DNA of 57,869 nucleotides from positions 1-57,869 of the forward strand of contig JBFMEZ010000003.1 of NCBI GenBank assembly GCA_040753215.1. Direction: 5' to 3'. Under the pieces are notes generated by a model. It was not told where the DNA came from. It saw only the letters and a list, made by a program, of their open reading frames with translations, and did not search any database. Shown piece by piece: positions 47,376 to 55,195 of the stretch (the first letter of the stretch is position 1; each line of letters starts with the position of its first letter). The stretch comes from Candidatus Micrarchaeota archaeon. Its GTDB lineage: Archaea; Micrarchaeota; Micrarchaeia; Anstonellales; Bilamarchaeaceae. Made by a program: the position numbers and the translations under genes.

Positions 47376-48272
47376 ATGGCAAGACACAACCACTTTAGCG
47401 GAACCGGGGCAAAGGATGGCGGGGCGGTTGATTCAGGCAGGAGGGAGTTCCTCCGTGGCTTCACAGGAAGGCGCGGCAGGGAACCCGAAGTGGAGATGCC
47501 GCAATTACGGCAACCCGCCCCTTCCGGCCGCGGGATGACGCGGAGGCAGGTCCTTTCCGGCGCAGCCGGCCTCGCGGGAGCGGCAGCCCTTTCCAAAGCC
47601 GGCACAGGCTGCACCAATACGTTCGTAGAGCTGAATACATGCGAAGGAACAACCGTCTCCGGGAGGTGCTCGTACGAAAACAGCGCAATCTCAGTATGCT
47701 CGGTTTCCGTTGGGAATGCGGTTGAGAAAGATGGCTATCTTTTCAAGGTAGAGGAGATTTCTGAGGCTGGCGGAAGGACCCGGGTAAAAATAAGTATTCT
47801 GGACAAATACCTCGATTGCGCCGAAGTGAAGAGCGTTTCCGTAAATGTCGGGGATCCCCAGACCATGGTGGACCTCGATTATGCCCGCTATGGGATTGCC
47901 GCCCTGGAAGCCAGCCCCGGCTCGGTGAAGCTGGTGGTCGCAAGGGACTCCGGCTACATGGGCTGTGATGGCACCCTCTCAAGCTCAATCGGCGTCATCA
48001 ATGTGGGCGAGTTCGCATCCATAGGGGCGGTGAAGGCAAGGCTGGATGACGTGCAGCGCGACACGGTTGATGGCACTTCCAGATACAGCGCCGTGATTGC
48101 CCTCCTCGACAGCTCCGACAACGAGATAGGCAACATGATACTCAGCGAGGGCGAGAGCATGGAGTTCCCGTATGACGCCTCCAGAACCTACAAGATAGAG
48201 GTTGTGGAAGTCGCCCGCGGCGACCTCCTCGTCTCCAAATGGGCATTGATTTCGCTTTCTATGTGCGAATGA
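47376..48272 (+). CDS. Secreted protein with two twin-arginine-like motifs and Cys-containing beta repeats
   Basis: SGRREFLRG and MTRRQVLSG followed by a hydrophobic stretch and GC. Confidence 0.7.
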   Translation: MARHNHFSGTGAKDGGAVDSGRREFLRGFTGRRGREPEVEMPQLRQPAPSGRGMTRRQVLSGAAGLAGAAALSKAGTGCTNTFVELNTCEGTTVSGRCSYENSAISVCSVSVGNAVEKDGYLFKVEEISEAGGRTRVKISILDKYLDCAEVKSVSVNVGDPQTMVDLDYARYGIAALEASPGSVKLVVARDSGYMGCDGTLSSSIGVINVGEFASIGAVKARLDDVQRDTVDGTSRYSAVIALLDSSDNEIGNMILSEGESMEFPYDASRTYKIEVVEVARGDLLVSKWALISLSMCE

Positions 48273-48289
48273 CTGCAGGCGCATGCCAT

Positions 48290-48834
48290 ATGAAGCCAGC
48301 CGGAACAGTTCCCAAAACCGGGCCCCCGGCTTTCAGTCCTGAGAGGAGAAAATTCCTCCACAGCGTCCTCCTCGCAAGCGCGTCATTCGCATTAGGCTGC
48401 AAGTCCGAAGCCCCACACCGGAAAAACATGCCCGCCTTTTCCAGAACCGTGATTTTCCCATAGGAAGCGCAACAATAGTTCTTGAGGGCCGTACCGTCCA
48501 ATCCGCCAATTTTCGCGTCTACCCCCATGGAAAGAACGGCCCTTCCGATTCAATTTCCATGCAAATCCCGAACTCCTTCAAAATAACGGATGGCGGCCTT
48601 GAGTATGAGATATACGTAGAAAGCACATCCTGCACCGGAGCCCGGTCCGCGGACATCCTCATAATCAAAAAAGCCGCTCCGGAAGAAAGTTCCCAGGCAG
48701 ACATTCCTGTGGGCGTCCCGCTGGCCGGCGCAGCCTTTGCCCTCTTTGGCGGCCTGGTCTCCCGGATAAAAGGCAGAAGGCCCGAACCTGAAGACGGAAA
48801 AGGCATCGTACTCTCCCCAAAGCGTAACCATTAA
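48290..48834 (+). pseudogene. Frameshifted twin-arginine-like exported protein with C-terminal TM
   Basis: ERRKFL..hydrophobic..LGC signal; an overlapping open frame from ~48412 continues into ORF 48559-48834; one extra base at the C4 run near 48411 would join them. Confidence 0.55.
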
Positions 48835-48859
48835 TTACTCCACTGCTCAAAATTAATCC

Positions 48860-50179
48860 ATGGATTTGGGCAGGAGCCTCCGCGCTCTCATAAATAAAAT
48901 TACCCGCGCCCCAGTGGTAGATGAAGCCACTCTAAAATCCTTCATAAAGGAGCTGCAGCGCATCCTCATCGCCTCAGATGTGAACGTAAAGCTAGTATTC
49001 GAGCTCTCCAAGCGCATAGAGAAGCGCGCATCCGCAGGTGAAATCCCCAAAGGCCTCACGATGCGCGAGCACCTTTTGAAAGTGGTTTACGATGAGCTAG
49101 TCTCCTTCATGGGCACCTCCTACGAGCCGCGTTTGGACAAGCATAAAGTCCTTTTAATGGGCCTCTTCGGCTCCGGAAAAACCACTTCCGCCGCAAAGGT
49201 CGCCTACTTCTACAAGAAGAAGGGCCTCAAGGTGGGAGTAGTAGGCGCGGACGTGGAGCGCCCCGCGGCCCAGGAGCAGCTGGAGCAACTGGCAGCGCAG
49301 GTCGGCGTCAACTACTACACACTAAAAGGCGAGAAGGAAGCCTACAAGGTTGTGGAGGACGCCCTCCGCAAAAGCAAGGACGACATTCTTCTGGTTGACT
49401 CCGCGGGGAGGAGCGCGTTCGACTCCCGCCTCGCGGATGAACTGAGCGCCATAATCCGCGTCCTGAAGCCGGACGAATCCTTCCTCGTGGTCAGCGGGGA
49501 CATAGGCCAGGTCGCGGGCCGCCAAGCAGAGGAATTCAACAGGCTCACCCCGATTACGGGCGTCCTGGTCACAAAGATGGACGGCAGCGGGAAGGGGGGC
49601 GGGGCGCTCTCCGCAGTTGCGGCCACGGGCTCAAAAATCGCCTTCATAGGCGTGGGCGAGAAGATGGAGGACCTCCAGGTTTACAATTCCGAAAAGTTCG
49701 TCGGCCGCCTTCTAGGCATCCCGGACTTAGAATCCCTTATGGAAAAGGTAAAGGAAATCTCCGAATCCGGAGAGATAACCGCCCCCGAAGAGGTGACCGA
49801 ACTGACCGTAGACCTCTTCTACCAGCAATTGAAGGCCGCGAAGAAGCTCGGCCCCCTCGATTCCGTGTTCTCCATGATGGGGCTGTCCGACGTGCCCCGC
49901 GAGATGATGAACCAGGGCGAGGAGAAGCTGAAGAGATACGAGTCCATAATCTCCTCCATGACAAAGGAAGAAAGGAAAGACGTTTCCCTTGTGCGCAGGA
50001 GCCGAAGCCGCATGGAAAGGATTGCAAGGGGCTCCGGCGCTTCCCTGGACGACGTGCGCCGCTTCATCTCCGAATTCACGAAGATGGAGGAGATGTTCGG
50101 CCGCTTCCGGAAGGACCGCGGGCTGCGCAAGAAGCTGGAAAAGATGATGAAAGGCAAGGGACTGCCGCTCGGCATATAG
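48860..50179 (+). CDS. srp54: Signal recognition particle protein SRP54
   Basis: L..SDVNV.LV, GL.GSGKTT..AK, RPAA.EQL, DSAGR, TKMDGSGKGGGALS, M domain R..RIA.GSG. Confidence 0.96.
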   Translation: MDLGRSLRALINKITRAPVVDEATLKSFIKELQRILIASDVNVKLVFELSKRIEKRASAGEIPKGLTMREHLLKVVYDELVSFMGTSYEPRLDKHKVLLMGLFGSGKTTSAAKVAYFYKKKGLKVGVVGADVERPAAQEQLEQLAAQVGVNYYTLKGEKEAYKVVEDALRKSKDDILLVDSAGRSAFDSRLADELSAIIRVLKPDESFLVVSGDIGQVAGRQAEEFNRLTPITGVLVTKMDGSGKGGGALSAVAATGSKIAFIGVGEKMEDLQVYNSEKFVGRLLGIPDLESLMEKVKEISESGEITAPEEVTELTVDLFYQQLKAAKKLGPLDSVFSMMGLSDVPREMMNQGEEKLKRYESIISSMTKEERKDVSLVRRSRSRMERIARGSGASLDDVRRFISEFTKMEEMFGRFRKDRGLRKKLEKMMKGKGLPLGI

Positions 50180-51104
50180 TTTTAAAAGTTTCTTCGCACA
50201 TACTTATTCATGGTTGGCAGTAGGAACGTTCTCTTTCTGACCAAGGCCTGACCGGCCACCACTAATCTTATTTATGTAAAAAAATCCGCTGGACCCGAGT
50301 TCAGCTTGATTACCCCATTTGTTTCGGATTGGAAAGCGATGAAAACATAAAGGAGGTGTGGATATGATATGCAGAACAAACAACACAGGGTGGTGCGGCA
50401 AGCTCCACCAACAGGGATAGAAGGGGATTTGCCGGGGTAGAGCCCGTTGCCGAGCCACGCCGGTTCCGGACGGAAAGGCTGGCAGTGTCATCCGCAGCTA
50501 TCTTCAACGGCTTGAGCCTGCAGGCACAGATGGAAACTAACGACGGCTATGGCTTCCGGTGCAGTTTCGGGACATATCATCCCGAAACACGGCGGTTCAA
50601 ATACATCTATGCGGTTTCGAGCCTGGTCGGATGCCCCGTGCGATGCAGAACGATATGCAATATTCAGCGATTCAGAAGGGAATTGTCGCCGGAAGAGGTC
50701 TGCGACCAGATTCGGCTTTTGGAGAAGTTGGCTGGCGAGGCAAAGCTTGGACAGGGGACCGAGGCAAGAAAAATTTCATTCGTGAAGGAAGGCGAGCCCT
50801 TTCTCAACAGGCAGTTCAGCCGTATTCTCGCCGTTCTTGAACGCTTTTCCCTGCCCATAAAGGTATCGACCACATTCCCGGACACGTTCCGCAGCCGCGT
50901 GGCAGCTGAAGGCCTCCTCTCATTTGCGGGCACATACCAGCGGACGGTCCAGCTGCAAATCTCCCTCGGCTCCACAAATCCAACCGAAAGAGAAAAGCTG
51001 ACTGCAATGGCGACTCTTCCGTTTGAAGAAATCCGGAAATTCGGCGAGCGCTGGTTCAACGGAACCCACGGCAGTCACCGCAGGGAAATCAACCTGTCGT
51101 TCAC

Positions 51105-52366
51105 CCTGTCATCGCAAGGAAGCCCATCTCTTCAGAGATGGAAGGAATTGCGACACCCTTTATTAGTGGAAATACACCTATGAAAAGCTTATAAAGGAAC
51201 TTTGCATTCGTAAGAACTGTCTCGTGATTGCCATGCTGGTGCAGGCCACAATGCGGCTCAAAGTCCCTGCTTCCGACCAGCTTATAGAAACAATGAGGGA
51301 ATTCTCCAGAGTGGCCCAGTTCGCCTACGATTATGCCCGTGCGAACAAAATAAAGTCGTGGAAAACCCTGCACCAGAAACTCTACAGGGAGTTGCGTTCC
51401 AGGTTCAAGCTTACTTCCCAACTGACCTGCAAGGCAATCAAATCTGCCCTTGAGACGAAGAAGGGCTGCAAAAACCGTAAGGTTGATTTCTCCAGGGAGC
51501 TTGCCATCCAATACGACCAGCGCTCCTATTCTTTTGATTTTTCCGGGAAATGCTCCCTCTCCACCCTTAATGGAAGGTACAAGTGCAAACTTTTTATCCC
51601 GGAATATTACATGGAGGCTTATAGAGATTGGGAAATCAGGAGCGCAACCCTTTCCAAATCCGGAAAGGAGCTGTTCCTGAACGTTGTTGTGACCAAGGAA
51701 GTTGAACCAGGCAAAGGCAGCCTGGGCTCCAAGGTTGTTGGAATAGACGTCGGCATAAACAACCTTGCCACAACTTCCGAAGGGCAGTTCTTCAGGGGTG
51801 TGAAGCATCATATTGCTAGAATCCAGAGGTTGAGAAGCGCTTTGCAGTCCAAAGGCACAAAGTCTGCCAGAAAGCATTTGGGAAAGCTCAAGGGCAGACA
51901 GGCACGGTTTATGCGAAGCATCAATCATCTGGTTAGCAAGAAAATAGTCAGCGGATTGGGTGCAGGGGACATAATTGTGATGGAGAACCTGCGCGGAATT
52001 AGGGCGAAAAGAAGGGGGAGGGAACTGAACAAGCTCCTCTCCACCTGGGCATTCGGGCAGTTGAAGAGTTTCATGGAATACAAGGCAGTGGGAAAGGGAA
52101 TTGTCTTTGTGACTGTTCCACCAGCTTATTCCTCCCAGGCCTGCAGTAGATGCCATGAGCTGCTCTCCATCAGGCCACGGAATGCGGGGTTCTTTAAATG
52201 CCTGAACTGCGGCTATTCCTGCAACGCTGACCTTAACGCTTCCTTCAATCTGAGGGAACAGGCAAACGCATTGCGTAATGTCCTGGGGCCGTCTGTCAAC
52301 CGGCCTATTGTTGGAACCATATCAACAGTTCCGGCAAGCCCACGACTTTAGTCGTGGGTGGTTGAC
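51105..52366 (+). mobile_element. IS200/IS605-family tnpB-only (IS1341-type) element, 1262 bp
   Basis: Left hairpin CCATCTC-TTCA-GAGATGG; right end AAGCCCACGACTTTAGTCGTGGGTGGTTGAC; inserted after TTCAC; no tnpA. Confidence 0.9.
51224..52351 (+). CDS. tnpB: RNA-guided endonuclease TnpB
   Basis: RuvC-I GIDVG, RuvC-II MENL, YSSQ.CSRC..C..CG zinc finger, RuvC-III NADLNAS.N. Confidence 0.94.
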   Translation: MIAMLVQATMRLKVPASDQLIETMREFSRVAQFAYDYARANKIKSWKTLHQKLYRELRSRFKLTSQLTCKAIKSALETKKGCKNRKVDFSRELAIQYDQRSYSFDFSGKCSLSTLNGRYKCKLFIPEYYMEAYRDWEIRSATLSKSGKELFLNVVVTKEVEPGKGSLGSKVVGIDVGINNLATTSEGQFFRGVKHHIARIQRLRSALQSKGTKSARKHLGKLKGRQARFMRSINHLVSKKIVSGLGAGDIIVMENLRGIRAKRRGRELNKLLSTWAFGQLKSFMEYKAVGKGIVFVTVPPAYSSQACSRCHELLSIRPRNAGFFKCLNCGYSCNADLNASFNLREQANALRNVLGPSVNRPIVGTISTVPASPRL

Positions 52367-52712
52367 CCTCTATGAGCAAACGCCATGCAATCCTGCAGAG
52401 ATAGCGGGCGTATTGCCGCCGCCGTACTTTGCGGTCCGGTTCAGGGATGCCCTGCCCGGCAACGTAACCCCTCCAGGCATGGTTCCCCTGAGCGAGGCGC
52501 GGTACCTGGATCTGAAAAGGGCGTTTGAAGGATACGGATATCGGGTTATAGACGGTCGTTGCGGCTGGCTCGAGTCTTTCCATAATCTTGCGACAGGCCA
52601 GTATGCCCCTATCCAAAAGCCGGAATAACGGAGGTTTGGAAATGCCCATCATTGAGGTGTGTTTTTAAGCTTTTCAGCACACAATCCATCCACTAATCCC
52701 TGAGGTTTTGCC

Positions 52713-53291
52713 ATGTATTACAGGACATCCGTAGAGGAAAAGGTCAGGCTCCCCCCGAGCCTCCTCGTGATGAAGCTGGACGATGCGGTCACCAAGCTCC
52801 TGCGCGACAAATACGAGAGGAGGATTGTCCGCGAGCTTGGCCTGGTAATCGCGGTGGAGAACGTGGGAGTGAGCGGAAGCGGCATAGTAATCCCTGGCGA
52901 CGGCGGCATATACTACGACACGAAATTCGATGCCATCACCTTCATGCCCCATGTGAACGAGGTTTTCAACGGCGAGGTGAAGGAGGTGGTGGAGTTCGGC
53001 GCGTTCGCCTCCATCGGCCCGCTCGATGCGCTCATACATATCTCGCAGCTCGGGAACGAGAAATATTTCTACGACAAGAAGACCAAGGCGCTGGGCACCC
53101 GCAAGGGCTCCAGCATAAAGAAGGGGGACGCGGTAACGGTGAAGGTGTCCACCGTGAGCCTGCGCGCCACGACATCCGACACCAAGATAGGCCTGACCAT
53201 GCGTGCCGAGGGGCTTGGGCCGGAAAAGGAGAAGCGCGCCGCAAAGAAGCCCGCGAAGAAGAAGGAAGAGAAGAAGGGTGGATCCCCATGA
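52713..53291 (+). CDS. rpoE1: RNA polymerase subunit E' (Rpo7)
   Basis: VR.PP, G..IPGDG, EFGAF..IGP.DALIHISQ, KIGLTMR..GLG. Confidence 0.95.
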   Translation: MYYRTSVEEKVRLPPSLLVMKLDDAVTKLLRDKYERRIVRELGLVIAVENVGVSGSGIVIPGDGGIYYDTKFDAITFMPHVNEVFNGEVKEVVEFGAFASIGPLDALIHISQLGNEKYFYDKKTKALGTRKGSSIKKGDAVTVKVSTVSLRATTSDTKIGLTMRAEGLGPEKEKRAAKKPAKKKEEKKGGSP

Positions 53292-53470
53292 AAGTCTGCA
53301 GGGAATGCAGGTTCGTTGTTGAGAGCGGCGACAAGTGCCCGCACTGCGGCTCCACGGAGCTGACGGACAGGTTCTCGGGGCTCCTCATCGTGCTCGACCC
53401 GGAGAAGTCCGAAGTGGCAAAGGTGGCGCAGGTAAACTCGGTGGGAAGATACGCGCTGAAAGTGAAATGA
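53288..53470 (+). CDS. spt4: Transcription elongation factor Spt4 (RpoE'')
   Basis: C..C....CP.CGS, G..IV.DPEKSEVAK, G.YALKV. Confidence 0.95.
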   Translation: MKVCRECRFVVESGDKCPHCGSTELTDRFSGLLIVLDPEKSEVAKVAQVNSVGRYALKVK

Positions 53471-54180
53471 AACTTGTTTACGGCGCCGAAGCAGCCGTGC
53501 TGGAAGACACGCTGGTCATAGCCGACCTCCATCTCGGGATGGAGCGCGGGCTGTTCAGGAAGGGGATACGCTTCGGCGGGCTCGCGGATTTCCTCATAGA
53601 AAAAACGCTCATCCTACTGCGCGAGACAGGGTGCAGGCGCCTCGCAATCCTCGGCGACGTGAAGGAGAACGTTGTCGGTGTCGAGCAGGAGGTGTTCCGC
53701 TATTTCGATGCGATAAGGCCCCATGCGGAAATAACCGTCTGCAGGGGAAACCACGACGGGAACCTCGAGAGAGTCCCGGGCATAAAAACCGCCGGGCCCG
53801 GCGGCCTGGTGCTGCACGGGGCAGGCCTTTTCCACGGCCATGCATGGCCATCGCCCGCGCTCATGCGGTGCAGGACCATGCTCATGGGCCACAACCACCC
53901 CCAGCTGACATTCTTTGAGGGAGGGAAGAAGGAGCCCCGCCCCGTCTGGCTTTTCTGCCCGCCGGACAGGAAAGGGATTTCCGCAAAATACGGGCGGCAC
54001 AATCCGGGCCTGCGGCTTGTGCTGATGCCCTCCTTCAACCCGCTCCTTGGCAACGACATCGGGAAAACGGGCGGGCTCGGGCCGGTTTTCCGCAACGGCC
54101 TCTTTTCGTGGGGGGAAGCCGCGGTGTATTCGCTCAATGGCGCCAGGCTCGGCACGGTGCGCGAAATCGCGCGCGCATGA
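53467..54180 (+). CDS. Calcineurin-like metallophosphoesterase
   Basis: IADLHLG, LGDVK, GNHD, HGH, GH.HP, MPSFN. Confidence 0.9.
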   Translation: MKLVYGAEAAVLEDTLVIADLHLGMERGLFRKGIRFGGLADFLIEKTLILLRETGCRRLAILGDVKENVVGVEQEVFRYFDAIRPHAEITVCRGNHDGNLERVPGIKTAGPGGLVLHGAGLFHGHAWPSPALMRCRTMLMGHNHPQLTFFEGGKKEPRPVWLFCPPDRKGISAKYGRHNPGLRLVLMPSFNPLLGNDIGKTGGLGPVFRNGLFSWGEAAVYSLNGARLGTVREIARA

Positions 54181-54298
54181 TGCGCAATTTTCCATCGGAG
54201 CGCCGCGGTTTTCCATCGGAACTAATTTAAAGAGTTATGAATAATAGTCATACGCTCCGCGGGACGTTGCCCGGCGTGGCAGAAGAAACCGTTAAGGG

Positions 54299-54547
54299 AT
54301 GATGGCGATGGGCAGCAGAAGGGGAAGGGAAAGGCTTCTTTATTGCGAATCATGCGGCAGGGCGGTCCCCCGGGACAAGGCCGTTGAGTACAGCAAGAGG
54401 AGCGCGTTCAGCACCGACCTGCGCGGGGAGGAGAACGTAACCGCATTTTCCGAGCGCATCGTGTATTACTGCATAAGCTGCGCCAAGCACAGGAAGATTT
54501 TTGAGAGGAAGAAAGAAATCGCGGCAAGGAGGAGAGAGAGGTTTTGA
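54299..54547 (+). CDS. rps26e: 30S ribosomal protein S26e
   Basis: GR.....C..CGR.VPRDKA ... YCISCA.H.KI. Confidence 0.88.
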   Translation: MMAMGSRRGRERLLYCESCGRAVPRDKAVEYSKRSAFSTDLRGEENVTAFSERIVYYCISCAKHRKIFERKKEIAARRRERF

Positions 54548-54548
54548 G

Positions 54549-54842
54549 ATGCAGGAGGTGGAGTTTTGCGGAAGGAAGTACTTCGCTTTCCAGCAAACTC
54601 TCGGCAACCTCCCCATGGTGGTCGTGAAGGCAAAGAAGGGGTACATCGCCTGCAGCTACATCAACAGGGAAACGGCGGAGAAGGTCGGCGACGTCGCGGC
54701 CTTCGTTGCCGGCGTCAAAAACGTGAACGACCTGCTTTCCGCCAAGGTGAAATGCACGACCAGCTGGGCCGAGGACCTGGGGATAAGGGAGGGCATGAGC
54801 GTGAGGAAAGCCCTCGAGCTGATGGACAGGGAAGAGGGATAG
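54549..54842 (+). CDS. YunC/DUF1805 family protein
   Basis: P..V.....GYI.C..I, AA.V.GV....DLL, A..LGI..GM....AL..M. Confidence 0.85.
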   Translation: MQEVEFCGRKYFAFQQTLGNLPMVVVKAKKGYIACSYINRETAEKVGDVAAFVAGVKNVNDLLSAKVKCTTSWAEDLGIREGMSVRKALELMDREEG

Positions 54843-54978
54843 GGCAAGGGTAATTTCTTTTTAATTTCTTCCTTCCATCTTTAGGTCTGTTGCGACCCTT
54901 CTGCCTGAGGTTTTTGGGCTCATTTTTGCGCCCGAAGCGAAGCGGAGGGCAACCCAACTGCAGAAAGCAAAAAGGAGA

Positions 54979-55062
54979 GCAGGGGTAGCCAAGTGGCCAA
55001 CGGCGCGGGCTTCAGGAGCCCGTCTCTTAGTGGGTTCGGGGGTTCGAATCCCCTCCCCTGCA
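54979..55062 (+). tRNA. tRNA-Leu(CAG)
   Basis: GCAGGGG acceptor stem, CGGGC-TT-CAG-GA-GCCCG, long variable arm, TTCGAAT, CCCCTGC-A. Confidence 0.93.
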
Positions 55063-55195
55063 TTCATACTACGTCTGTGTTCAGCCCCCGCCTGTTCGGC
55101 CAGGGGGTTTCCAGTTTCCTGTTTCCTGTCTCGACTCCGGCACATCTAAGCCCTTCTTACCGAGGAGAATTCTGAGGAGCAGAGCTTATAAAGCT

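Larger units (their letters stand above)
50485..52628 (+). pseudogene. RlmN/Cfr-like radical SAM gene split by an IS element (50485-51104 plus 52367-52628)
   Basis: SS.VGCPVRCRTIC, R.L..EE..DQI, GEP.LN, QISL; removing 51105-52366 restores TCG TTC ACC CTC TAT (..NLSFTLYEQ..). Confidence 0.8.

Noticed and set aside
50180..50350. SRP RNA or riboswitch downstream of srp54
   Set aside because: A possible stem at ~50210-50258 exists, but I see no SRP helix-8 motif or riboswitch consensus, and the space is too short for archaeal 7S RNA.
51224..52351. TnpB as a Cas12f/Cas14 CRISPR effector
   Set aside because: No CRISPR array or cas genes nearby; it has IS200/IS605 end hairpins and interrupts a gene.
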